Shown: positions 1 to 7,909 of the stretch, piece after piece
How the letters are laid out: each line of letters begins with the position of its first letter
Numbering within the stretch: position 1 is the first letter of the stretch
DNA from: Nitrosomonas europaea
GTDB taxonomy: Bacteria; Pseudomonadota; Gammaproteobacteria; Burkholderiales; Nitrosomonadaceae
Assembly (NCBI RefSeq): GCF_900167395.1
Contig: NZ_FUWK01000031.1
Coordinates: forward strand, 3,594 to 35,593
Direction: 5' to 3'
Length of the DNA stretch: 32,000 nucleotides
The notes under the pieces: model-generated
Seen by the model: the letters and a program-made list of their open reading frames with translations, nothing else
What the model was told of the DNA's origin: nothing
Databases searched by the model: none
Made by a program: the position numbers and the translations under genes

Positions 1-493
1 GGCGTACATCTTCCGGGGAAGCATCCAGAATGACGATACGCTTCAGTTGCTGAAGTCCGGTCATGGCCTCGTTCATGGCTTCCCATCGCGTCATGTTTTC
101 CAGCAGCAGTAGCGCGGTGCCTGCATTATCCAGACACCAGGCCGCATTTTCTGCCCGATCTTCGGTATAAAGCGGGACGACCACCAGCCCCAATCCCAGT
201 GCAGCCTGTTCAAACATCACCCACTGCGGGCAGTTGCGCGCCATGACTGCTACCCGGTCACCAGGAGAGAGATTTTCCTGTGAAAGTGCCATTTGCCAGC
301 GTTTGACGGCATTCGCCATGTCGTCCCACGTGTAATCCCGCCAGATTTCCTCGCTGACATCGTAGTCGCGGTAGGCTGTAGCATGGGGAGAACGTCTGAC
401 ACGTTCTCTGAACAGGCCGTCGAGTGTTCGGGCCGTTTCGACCGAAATCATGTCCAGGTTGTGAGTGGGCAGGGTGTGGGTCGTCGGGTTCAT
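1..493 (-). CDS. AMP-dependent acyl-CoA synthetase/ligase (FadD/FAA1-like), N-terminal part; the gene runs off the left edge of the window
   Basis: Not in the supplied ORF track because it is open at the window edge. My minus-strand translation from the ATG at 493..491 gives MNPTTHTLPTHNLDMISVETARTLDGLFRERVRRSPHATAYRDYD...LSPGDRVAVMARNCPQWVMFEQAALGLGLVVVPLYTEDRAENAAWCL..., a typical acyl-CoA ligase N-terminus. Its ATG overlaps the fadE stop (ATGA at 490-493), which suggests translational coupling. Confidence 0.8.
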   Translation of the reverse strand, partial: MNPTTHTLPTHNLDMISVETARTLDGLFRERVRRSPHATAYRDYDVSEEIWRDYTWDDMANAVKRWQMALSQENLSPGDRVAVMARNCPQWVMFEQAALGLGLVVVPLYTEDRAENAAWCLDNAGTALLLLENMTRWEAMNEAMTGLQQLKRIVILDASPEDVR

Positions 494-2823
494 AGCGGGG
501 TTTCTCCGTGTGAATTGCCTGTCTGGCGGAGATCAGCAGGAAAATCATCCACCATGATGACCCGGCGTCGCAGGGTTTTCATCTGTTCAAGCGAGGCAGC
601 TTCTTTACTGGTAATGATCCCTTGTGCCAGCGCCTGGTTGATCTGCTCATGTTCGTGGGGGGTGATCGCTTTATCTTTGACGGCTTGCCGCAATCTGGCC
701 TCGATGGGTTCGCAGTCGATGGTACAGGCCAGGGCTTTTTTGAGCAGGGCCAGTGGTTCATTATCCTGTTCGGGCAGGTAGATGCCTGCTGTCAGGCGAT
801 CACGTACTTCTCCGGGGGCCAGAATGAGCCGTGCGACTTCATGAGAGAGTGAGTCGGCAGGGGGCAGGCAACGCATACCCCGCGGAAAAATGATGAACCG
901 CAGCAATCCTCGCGTGATTCTGCTCACAGGGAAATTGAGCAGAAACTCATGGAACGACTGCTGGGTACGATAAAGCGCATCCTGTACCGACCAGTGCAAC
1001 AGAGGCAGATCTGCCGCAGGGCGGCCATCATCCTCAAAACGCTTGAGGGTGGCCGAGCACAGATACATCATGCTGAGAATGTCACCCAGGCGTGCAGAAA
1101 GACGTTCACGCCGTTTGAGTGCACCGCCCAGCTTCAGCATGGCGATATCGGTCAACAGTGCGAATGCTGCGGAGAAGCGTGTCAGTTGCCGATAGTAATT
1201 CACTGTTTCGTGCGTTACGTTTTGCGGTATGTCTTTGACCAGCCGCGTGCTGAATCCATAGATCAGACTGTGGAACGCATTCCTGAAGGTGAAGACGATA
1301 TGCCCGGTCAGCGCCTCGTCAAATGCCCGTAATCCACGTTTTTTGTCCTGATCCCAGGCAGCATCGATTTCTCGCAGTGTGAAAGGATGGGCACGGATGG
1401 CGCCTTGCCCGAAGATGATCATATTGCGTGTCAGGATGTTCGCGCCTTCCACCGTGATGCCTACGGGTGTCTGCTGATAGGTTCTCGCCAGATAATTGGA
1501 GGGGCCCAGGCAGATGCCCTTGCCACCGTGAATATCCATGGCGTCATTGATGATCTGCCGGCTGCGTTCGGTCAGATGATATTTGACGATTGCGGAAATG
1601 ACGGAAGGTTTCTCGCCCAGATCGACCGCGCCGGCAGTCATGATACGTGCTGCATCCATCATGTAGGTGTTGCCGGCGATACGCGCAAGCGCTTCTTCTA
1701 CACCTTCGAAATAGCCGATCGGTAATTTGAACTGTACACGTACCCGGCCATAGGCCCCGCTGCTCCAGGCCGACAGCTTGGCTGCACCGACACTGGTGGC
1801 CGGCAGCGAAATCGACCGGCCGACGGAGAGGCTGTTCATCAGCATGCGCCAGCCTTGTCCTACTTTGTCCTGCCCGCCGATGACCCAGTCCATGGGAATG
1901 AAGACATCCTTGCCGGAATTGGGCCCGTTCTGGAAAACTCCGTTCAGGGGATAATGCCTGCGGCCGATCTGGATACCCAATGTGCTGGTTGGGATCAGCG
2001 CGAGCGTGATGCCGATTTCTTTTTCGTTTCCGAGTAATCCATCCGGGTCGTACAGTCTGAAAGCAAGCCCCAGTAGTGTGGCAACCGGTCCCAGCGTGAT
2101 GTAGCGTTTCTCCCAGTTGATGCGAATACCCAGTACATCGGGCTGGCCATCGAATACCCCCCGGCACACGATACCGGTGTCAGGAATCGACCCTGCATCT
2201 GAACCGGCGTCCGGCCCGGTCAGCGCAAAACAGGGAATCTCGCTGCCATTCGCCAGCCGTGGCAGATAGTGATCTTTTTGTTCTTCCGTTCCGTAATGCA
2301 ATAGCAGTTCGGCTGGGCCGAGTGAATTGGGCACCATTACAGTCACTGCCGCCGTATTGCTGCGCGAACTGATTTTCATGACTACTTCCGAATGCGCCAG
2401 TGCAGAAAAACCAAGTCCGCCGTATTCCTTGGGGATGATCAGCGAGAAAAAGCGGTTTTCCCGGATGAACTGCCAGACATGGGGAGGCAGGTCATGGCGT
2501 TCATGGGTGATGTGCCATTCATCGAGCATGGCGCATAACTGTTCAACCGGCCCGTTGAGAAAGGCTTTTTCTTCCGGGGTCAGCTCCGGTTTGGGGTAGG
2601 CAAGCAGCTGATTCCAGTCGGGTTTGCCGCTGAACAGCGCCCCTTCCCACCATACCGTGCCGGCATCGAGTGCTTCCTGCTCGGTTTGCGAGATTTGAGG
2701 CAACAGCTTGCGAAAGATTCTTAAAACAAGGCTGGAAACAATATTGATACGCAGGAACGGCACTGCGAACAGTGCCACACCCGCCACGATCAACAGGATA
2801 AGTACAACAAGAAATTCAAGCAT
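490..2823 (-). CDS. fadE: Large FadE-type acyl-CoA dehydrogenase (about 777 aa)
   Basis: Similar along its full length to my recollection of E. coli FadE (TVWWEGALFSGKPDW, IPCFALTGPDAGSDAGSIPDTGIV, WEKRYITLGPVAT, GQGWRMLMNSLSVGRSISLP, VEGANILTRNMIIFGQGAIR, LKRRERLSARLGDILS). I place the start at the internal ATG 2823 (MLEFLVVLILL..., hydrophobic N-terminus as in FadE), which follows GGGGAGGAATC. The 22 codons upstream in the ORF track are probably not translated. Confidence 0.95.
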   Translation of the reverse strand: MLEFLVVLILLIVAGVALFAVPFLRINIVSSLVLRIFRKLLPQISQTEQEALDAGTVWWEGALFSGKPDWNQLLAYPKPELTPEEKAFLNGPVEQLCAMLDEWHITHERHDLPPHVWQFIRENRFFSLIIPKEYGGLGFSALAHSEVVMKISSRSNTAAVTVMVPNSLGPAELLLHYGTEEQKDHYLPRLANGSEIPCFALTGPDAGSDAGSIPDTGIVCRGVFDGQPDVLGIRINWEKRYITLGPVATLLGLAFRLYDPDGLLGNEKEIGITLALIPTSTLGIQIGRRHYPLNGVFQNGPNSGKDVFIPMDWVIGGQDKVGQGWRMLMNSLSVGRSISLPATSVGAAKLSAWSSGAYGRVRVQFKLPIGYFEGVEEALARIAGNTYMMDAARIMTAGAVDLGEKPSVISAIVKYHLTERSRQIINDAMDIHGGKGICLGPSNYLARTYQQTPVGITVEGANILTRNMIIFGQGAIRAHPFTLREIDAAWDQDKKRGLRAFDEALTGHIVFTFRNAFHSLIYGFSTRLVKDIPQNVTHETVNYYRQLTRFSAAFALLTDIAMLKLGGALKRRERLSARLGDILSMMYLCSATLKRFEDDGRPAADLPLLHWSVQDALYRTQQSFHEFLLNFPVSRITRGLLRFIIFPRGMRCLPPADSLSHEVARLILAPGEVRDRLTAGIYLPEQDNEPLALLKKALACTIDCEPIEARLRQAVKDKAITPHEHEQINQALAQGIITSKEAASLEQMKTLRRRVIMVDDFPADLRQTGNSHGETPL

Positions 2824-2854
2824 GATTCCTCCCCGAGTTTTTGAGTGGTTGTTC

Positions 2855-3126
2855 AGGAATCTCTGATCAGATCCCACATGGCCGCACACTGTATTTTGCG
2901 GATGGAACGCAAGGTGAGTGAGGCAGTGAATGGTTGGCCTTCACAACGAGCTCAATGCTGCAGTCCGTCTGCAAAACCAGCACCCTGAAGGGTTGTGGCA
3001 AAATCATGCGCTCACTGTGTCGCACTCCTCGGCATCGTAGCTATGCTACGACCTTCGTCGTGCTTCTTGCGATCATCACGATTTTGCCTGCAATGCGGTT
3101 CATGGAGGATTTAATCAGAGATTCCT
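2855..3126. repeat. MITE-like non-coding element (about 272 bp) with 20-bp terminal inverted repeats
   Basis: Left end AGGAATCTCTGATCAGATCC (2855-2874). Right end GGATTTAATCAGAGATTCCT (3107-3126), whose reverse complement is AGGAATCTCTGATTAAATCC, matching 18 of 20 positions. The terminal core GGAAYCTCTGA is shared with the repeats at 19692 and 31510. The 83-aa ORF 2934..3185 lies inside the element and looks spurious. Confidence 0.6.
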
Positions 3127-3212
3127 TTGTCGTTACACTACCGGAGAATGAACGGCTGTCAAGCTTTGCTTTGTTTACATCCTGAATGACAAGCAATCAT
3201 CCGTTCGTGGAA

Positions 3213-3236
3213 AACCCGGTTGCATGCAACCGGGTT
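3213..3236 (-). terminator. Rho-independent terminator downstream of doxX
   Basis: Perfect palindrome AACCCGGTTGCATGCAACCGGGTT. On the minus strand it is followed by TTTT. It lies 30 bp after the doxX stop. Confidence 0.7.
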
Positions 3237-3265
3237 AATGATCGCCACGAATAATCCGGATTTCA

Positions 3266-3646
3266 TCAAGGCCGGGCGCGGCGGCTATCCAGGCTGTAGC
3301 CGCCCGCCCCATGCACGGCCAGCAGCATGAAACCACCCGCAATGGCAATATTTTTCATGAACATGATCATTTGTGTCTGATCGGCAAGATTGTTGTGAAA
3401 AATGGCCGCAGCTGCCAGCGTAAATACTGCCAGCGCGATGGACGTCAGCCGGGTTTGCCAGCCAGCGATGATCGCCAGACCGCCGCCGATCTCAAGTGCT
3501 ATCACCAGTGGCAATAGCGTGCCCGGTACGCCCATCGCGTCCATATAGCCCTGCGTGCCAGCGTAGCTGCTGATTTTGGAAATGCCTGCGAGCAGGAATA
3601 TTTGCCCCAGAAAGAGCCGTGCCACGAATTGACTGATTTTTTCCAT
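3266..3646 (-). CDS. DoxX family inner-membrane protein
   Basis: MEKISQFVARLFLGQIFLLAGISKI...GVPGTLLPLVIALEIGGGLAIIAGWQTR... shows four hydrophobic segments with a DoxX-like pattern. Start is the ATG at 3646 after AAGGAGA. It lies immediately downstream of the pirin gene. Confidence 0.85.
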   Translation of the reverse strand: MEKISQFVARLFLGQIFLLAGISKISSYAGTQGYMDAMGVPGTLLPLVIALEIGGGLAIIAGWQTRLTSIALAVFTLAAAAIFHNNLADQTQMIMFMKNIAIAGGFMLLAVHGAGGYSLDSRRARP

Positions 3647-3675
3647 TTTTGTCTCCTTGAAATGAATGATCGTTT

Positions 3676-4542
3676 TTATTGATTCCGTTTGACCCACGCC
3701 CGGTCACGCACAAACTGACTGGATTGAAAATCTTTCAGTGCCTGATCGATCTGTTCGCGGGTATTCATGACAAAAGGGCCATGTTGCACGACCGATTCAT
3801 GCAGTGGTTTACCGCTGACCACGATAAAACGTGCGCCTTTTTTTCCTGCGACAAAGTCGAAAGTGCCGCCATCAGTGCCAGCTGCAATCAGGGAATGAAG
3901 CCCGATATCCTGGCCGTTAAACTGTCCGTTTCCTTCGAATAGATAGATGAAACTTGTGTTTTGCGCTGGCAGCCGGTGTTGAAAATGCCGCCCGGGCTGT
4001 AACTGCACATCGAAATAAGTCACTTGCGTCAGATCATCCCGAATCGGTGCAACGGTATCGCCGAAACGGCCGATCAATACTTTCAGCCGGTAATCCGCAG
4101 TTTCGACTACCGGGAAAGCGGCCGCGGGAAATTCCTGATATTCCGGGTGATCCATTTTGTTGATTGCCGGCAGGTTGATCCATAATTGAAATCCACGCAG
4201 TAAACCATTTTCCTGTTTCGGCATTTCCGAATGAATCACGCCGCTGGCTGCTTTCATCCATTGCGCCGAGCCCGGCCCGAGATCACCGGTATTGCCCATG
4301 CTGTCCTGATGCTGCATATGACCATCCAGCATATAAGTGAAAGTGATGAACCCGCGGTGCGGATGCGGCGGAAAACCAGCGATGTAATCATCCGGATTAT
4401 CGCTGCCGATGTGATCCAGCAACAGGAAAGGATCGTAATTGCGCAGCACCGGTGTGCCAATCGTACGATGTACGATCACGCCGGCACCTTCGGGTACCGC
4501 CATTGCGGGAATGATTCGTACAGTATTCATTGATGTATTCAT
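3676..4542 (-). CDS. Pirin family bicupin protein (YhhW/quercetinase-like)
   Basis: Carries the pirin signature GFPPHPHRGFITFTYMLDGHMQHQDSMGN...GSAQWMKAASGVIHSE and a C-terminal cupin (QHGPFVMNTREQIDQALKDF). Start is the ATG at 4542 after AAAGGAGAAAACG. Confidence 0.92.
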   Translation of the reverse strand: MNTSMNTVRIIPAMAVPEGAGVIVHRTIGTPVLRNYDPFLLLDHIGSDNPDDYIAGFPPHPHRGFITFTYMLDGHMQHQDSMGNTGDLGPGSAQWMKAASGVIHSEMPKQENGLLRGFQLWINLPAINKMDHPEYQEFPAAAFPVVETADYRLKVLIGRFGDTVAPIRDDLTQVTYFDVQLQPGRHFQHRLPAQNTSFIYLFEGNGQFNGQDIGLHSLIAAGTDGGTFDFVAGKKGARFIVVSGKPLHESVVQHGPFVMNTREQIDQALKDFQSSQFVRDRAWVKRNQ

Positions 4543-4638
4543 CGTTTTCTCCTTTTCTGTGATGCATTGACAGATTCTGCTTACTGGAAGCATTATCATC
4601 GTTGCTTTAACAGGAATAAATATCGTTTTATGGAAATA

Positions 4639-4661
4639 ATTGTTCCTGTATTGGCAACAAT
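4639..4661. promoter_or_regulatory. Putative LysR-type T-N11-A operator in the divergent pirin/LysR intergenic region
   Basis: ATTGTT-N11-AACAAT is a perfect 6-bp dyad with an 11-bp spacer, lying 12 bp upstream of the LysR start. The intergenic region 4543-4672 separates the divergent genes. Confidence 0.5.
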
Positions 4662-4672
4662 TAGGAGGCGTT

Positions 4673-5590
4673 ATGGATCGATTCGAAAATATGAATGCGT
4701 TTGTGCGTGTTGTGGAAACAGGTAGCATCAGTGCGGCTGCCGATCGCATGGATATAGCCAAATCCGTTGTCAGCCGGCGTTTGAAGGAGCTTGAGGAACA
4801 TCTGGGGGTGGAATTGTTTCACCGCACCACGCGGCAAATGAATCTCACCGATAGCGGGCGCGCCTTTTATCAGCAATCCGTGCGCATCCTCGCTGATGTT
4901 CTCGAAGCCGAGCACGCCACGTCGCAGTTTCACGGCAGGTTGAAAGGTCATTTGAAAGTGGCGGTTCCGCTCAGTTTTGGCTTGATGCATCTGGGGGCCG
5001 CCATCTCCACCTTTCTGCAAACTCATCCGGATATCGAATTTGATCTGGATTTCAATGACCGGCAGGTCGATTTGCTGGCGGAAGGTTTTGATCTTGCCAT
5101 CCGCATCGCAAACCTGCCCGATTCCAGCTTGATCGCACGTCGCCTTGCACCTATTCAGGCTGTCATGTGTGCCAGCCCGGCATACCTTGAGCGCATGGGC
5201 ACGCCGCAAGCGCCGGAAGAACTCATCCGGCATCGCTGCCTGGTTTATAACCTGGTCAGTCACAGCGATAACTGGAATGTTTATGGCACCACGGGAGAGT
5301 TGATCAAAACCCGGATCATTCCCTATCTCAAGGCCAGTAACGGGGAATTTCTCCGTGATGCTGCCGTCGATGGTCTGGGTATCGTATTGCTGCCAACTTT
5401 TATCGTTTACCGGGAAATCCAGCGCGGTGCATTGATCCCGATATTGACCGGATACCACTACGCCCAGCTGGCTGCTTATGCCATTTACCCGCAAACCCGC
5501 CACCTCTCGCAGCGGGTTCGGGCATTTGTCGATTTTCTAAGCCAGCGGTTTGAAGGGATGCCTTACTGGGATGCGTGTCTGAATCAATAA
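4673..5590 (+). CDS. LysR family transcriptional regulator
   Basis: N-terminal helix-turn-helix MDRFENMNAFVRVVETGSISAAADRMDIAKSVVSRRLKELEEHLGVELFHRTTRQMNLTDSG plus a LysR substrate-binding domain. Start is the ATG at 4673 after TTAGGAGG. It is divergent from the pirin-doxX pair. Confidence 0.93.
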   Translation: MDRFENMNAFVRVVETGSISAAADRMDIAKSVVSRRLKELEEHLGVELFHRTTRQMNLTDSGRAFYQQSVRILADVLEAEHATSQFHGRLKGHLKVAVPLSFGLMHLGAAISTFLQTHPDIEFDLDFNDRQVDLLAEGFDLAIRIANLPDSSLIARRLAPIQAVMCASPAYLERMGTPQAPEELIRHRCLVYNLVSHSDNWNVYGTTGELIKTRIIPYLKASNGEFLRDAAVDGLGIVLLPTFIVYREIQRGALIPILTGYHYAQLAAYAIYPQTRHLSQRVRAFVDFLSQRFEGMPYWDACLNQ

Positions 5591-5599
5591 GGATTTTTG

Positions 5600-6595
5600 C
5601 TACTTCACCAGCCAGCGGGTCGCCATACCTGCGATCATGTGATCGTTGACATGGCAATGAAACAGCCAGTTGCCCGGTGAGCGGGGAACCATGTCGACGG
5701 AAGTCATGCTGGCCGGCATGATTTCGACGACATCGGTTCTGCGGCCATGATCGAGCACGGTTTGCCCGTGCCAGTGTACGGTATGGTTGTCCACTTCATT
5801 GCCCAGTGCGACCAGATGCCAGCGGACACGCTGTCCGCGTCTGGTTTCAAAACCGGACAGATTGCCGAAAATCCGGCCGTTGATCGCATGTTTCAGGCCG
5901 CTTTCCTCATCGTTTTCCTCGTTGAAGATCATGTACAGCGCGATGAATTCCTGATCGACATCGCGCGGAGCCGGATTCTTGTCTGAATACGCCTTGCCGG
6001 CAGCTGTGATGATGAGGGTTCCGATCAGTCCCAGATTGACTTCTTCCTCTGCCATCACGTGCGAGTGATACAGCCAGACGATGGATGAAGGATCACCCGG
6101 GCCGGGGCCGGCATCCTGGTCGACGATCCAGGTATAAGTGTAGCGCTCACCCGGTGGAATACTGCCACCCTTGCCGCCATCTGCACCCTCGTTGTCCTTA
6201 TCGTACATCACGCCGTGAGGGTGCATGGAAAGTGGCATATCGGTCTTGTTCAGAAAATGGATTTTGATGGTATCACCTACCGCAGCACGGATCGTGGGGC
6301 CCAGAATCCCCATCCACTCCGGCTGGGGCAGGGGGTGAGAGTAACTGCCATCGGTATAACCGATATAACGATATTTGGTGTAAGTCAGGGTTTTACCCCA
6401 GACTCCCAGATCACTTGCGAGATCGATCTGGTTTGCACCGGTCGGTGCGTAATTCCAGTCTGTTTTTTCCGCTGCAATCCAGTATTCCCGTACTTTCCCG
6501 GCTTGCGCCAGAGAGGATGACAGAGACAGGAAAATCAGGATAAACAGGGTCAGGCAGGAATACAAAAACGGGTTATTGTTTCTTCTGGTGTGCAT
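5600..6595 (-). CDS. Secreted two-domain multicopper oxidase (ceruloplasmin-like cupredoxin domains)
   Basis: Signal peptide MHTRRNNNPFLYSCLTLFILIFLSLSSSLAQA. REYWIAAEKTDWNYAP resembles the start of ceruloplasmin/factor VIII domains. Copper ligand motifs are present: HPHG, WLYHSHV, HTVHWHG and HCHVNDHMIAGM. At about 331 aa it has two cupredoxin domains, not three. Confidence 0.9.
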   Translation of the reverse strand: MHTRRNNNPFLYSCLTLFILIFLSLSSSLAQAGKVREYWIAAEKTDWNYAPTGANQIDLASDLGVWGKTLTYTKYRYIGYTDGSYSHPLPQPEWMGILGPTIRAAVGDTIKIHFLNKTDMPLSMHPHGVMYDKDNEGADGGKGGSIPPGERYTYTWIVDQDAGPGPGDPSSIVWLYHSHVMAEEEVNLGLIGTLIITAAGKAYSDKNPAPRDVDQEFIALYMIFNEENDEESGLKHAINGRIFGNLSGFETRRGQRVRWHLVALGNEVDNHTVHWHGQTVLDHGRRTDVVEIMPASMTSVDMVPRSPGNWLFHCHVNDHMIAGMATRWLVK

Positions 6596-6696
6596 GGATA
6601 GGTTCTTTAAAACAAATTTTTGATAACCATGATCGAAATACCAACGATTCAATCATGACTAAAGAATCTGCTGAAGGCGGAGACAGCCTGCGGTGA

Positions 6697-7440
6697 TCAG
6701 GCCGCAGACCGATTGAGAAAGTCAGTTTCGGAGTTGTGGCAATCACCCCGGGCAAGGGTTTCCACTGCCTTGCCGAAAGTGACCAGATCAGAACGCTCCA
6801 GCATGACGCAGTTTTTGCCGGTACGCTGACAATAGCGTCTGACGGTGAAAAAATCCTCATGATTGATACAGTCAACCGGGCAAATGATGCTGTCTACACG
6901 AGCGAGCAGGGCAAGCAGGCATTCACTGTTATCCTGTGCACCGCCACGAAACACCATGAAATGTCCCCCGGCAGCTTCAATCAACTGATGGTAATTCGGA
7001 TAGAGTGCAGCACGCCCACCGATACACAGGACAGACTGGCCCGCCAGATGATGACTGCTTTTCAGACGATCAATGGCCAGATAAGCATGATATTGATGCG
7101 GCAGGCCTGTTCTGATCCAGCGTAAATCCTCGTCATCAGATACTTGGGGGAGATGTGTGTCAGTACGGCTGTCGATCTGAACTTCAGTGTGAATAGAGTT
7201 TGCAGGTGAACGCCGGGTTGTATTCGCGGAAACAGTACCAGGCAAGGCCATACGGACCAGGTGATAAAGGTGCTTCAGCCGTGATTCCAGCTCTCGCCCC
7301 AGTTTCAGTGTGCGTTGTTTGTAGTGATGGAAAAGCGAATTGCAGAGGATTTCATTCTGATAGATTCCGGACAGTTTACCGGGATGGAGTTGCGCACCCT
7401 GATATGCCGGCTCCAGTACTGTTCTTTGGAAGAATTTCAT
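6697..7440 (-). CDS. DUF2325 domain protein (uncharacterised)
   Basis: The C-terminal about 95 aa (VLCIGGRAALYPNYHQLIEAAGGHFMVFRGG...VDSIICPVDCINHEDFFTVRRYCQRTGKNCVMLERSDLVTFGKAV) matches my memory of the DUF2325 pattern and is paralogous to the C-terminus of 11937..13256. The start is uncertain: ATG 7440 (MKFFQ) or GTG 7503. Confidence 0.7.
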   Translation of the reverse strand: MKFFQRTVLEPAYQGAQLHPGKLSGIYQNEILCNSLFHHYKQRTLKLGRELESRLKHLYHLVRMALPGTVSANTTRRSPANSIHTEVQIDSRTDTHLPQVSDDEDLRWIRTGLPHQYHAYLAIDRLKSSHHLAGQSVLCIGGRAALYPNYHQLIEAAGGHFMVFRGGAQDNSECLLALLARVDSIICPVDCINHEDFFTVRRYCQRTGKNCVMLERSDLVTFGKAVETLARGDCHNSETDFLNRSAA

Positions 7441-7592
7441 GATCGATTCCGTATCAGAAAAAAGGCTGGCTTGCCCGGGAGGAGGGGGCTGGCTTGCCGT
7501 CACAAATCACTGGAAGAGGAGAGAGAACTGCCAGTGATTACCAGGAAAGTTGATGTTTGTCAGCGTGAGAGTACATCATGCAGGTTTACGGA

Positions 7593-7790
7593 TTACTTCG
7601 TCAGTATCAGTTTGTCATTACGCGTCAGACGTAAATGATACTGTTCTCCTCGATGCTGAATGAGTACTTCTTTGCCTGTTCCAAACAGGTTTTCACTGCT
7701 GATCAGTTTGATGGGGAACTGTGCAAATGGCGAAACCAGCTCATTGTTTAGCCCGGGATCTGCGTGGTATTTGACATCGACCGAGTTCAT
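7593..7790 (-). CDS. hemP: HemP/HmuP family hemin-uptake small protein
   Basis: 65 aa. The C-terminus SSENLFGTGKEVLIQHRGEQYHLRLTRNDKLILTK is the characteristic HemP motif. A Fur box lies directly upstream. Confidence 0.9.
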   Translation of the reverse strand: MNSVDVKYHADPGLNNELVSPFAQFPIKLISSENLFGTGKEVLIQHRGEQYHLRLTRNDKLILTK

Positions 7791-7816
7791 ATTTCACTCC
7801 ATCTGAATTTATGAAT

Positions 7817-7835
7817 GAGAATGATTATCATTATA
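7817..7835. promoter_or_regulatory. Fur box upstream of hemP
   Basis: GAGAATGATTATCATTATA matches the classical consensus GATAATGATAATCATTATC at 16 of 19 positions. It lies 27 bp upstream of the hemP start in an AT-rich spacer. Confidence 0.75.
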
Positions 7836-7909
7836 GTGATAAAAATAATTTATGCAAGCTTTTTTCTGAAAATATTTTTGAGAAATATTCCATAGCAATA
7901 GGTTCCGGA

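Noticed and set aside
258-781. ORFs 258..548 (-) and 293..781 (+) from the six-frame track
   Set aside because: Both overlap the well-supported frames of the acyl-CoA ligase (1..493) and fadE (490..2823). Their translations are Arg/Pro/Cys-rich with no recognisable motifs.
2934-3185. 83-aa ORF in the fadE/doxX spacer
   Set aside because: It lies entirely within the MITE-like element bounded by 20-bp inverted repeats. It has no RBS and no recognisable domain.
4661-5503. 280-aa ORF antisense to the LysR gene
   Set aside because: It is a shadow ORF opposite a strongly supported LysR frame, with low-complexity composition and no motifs.
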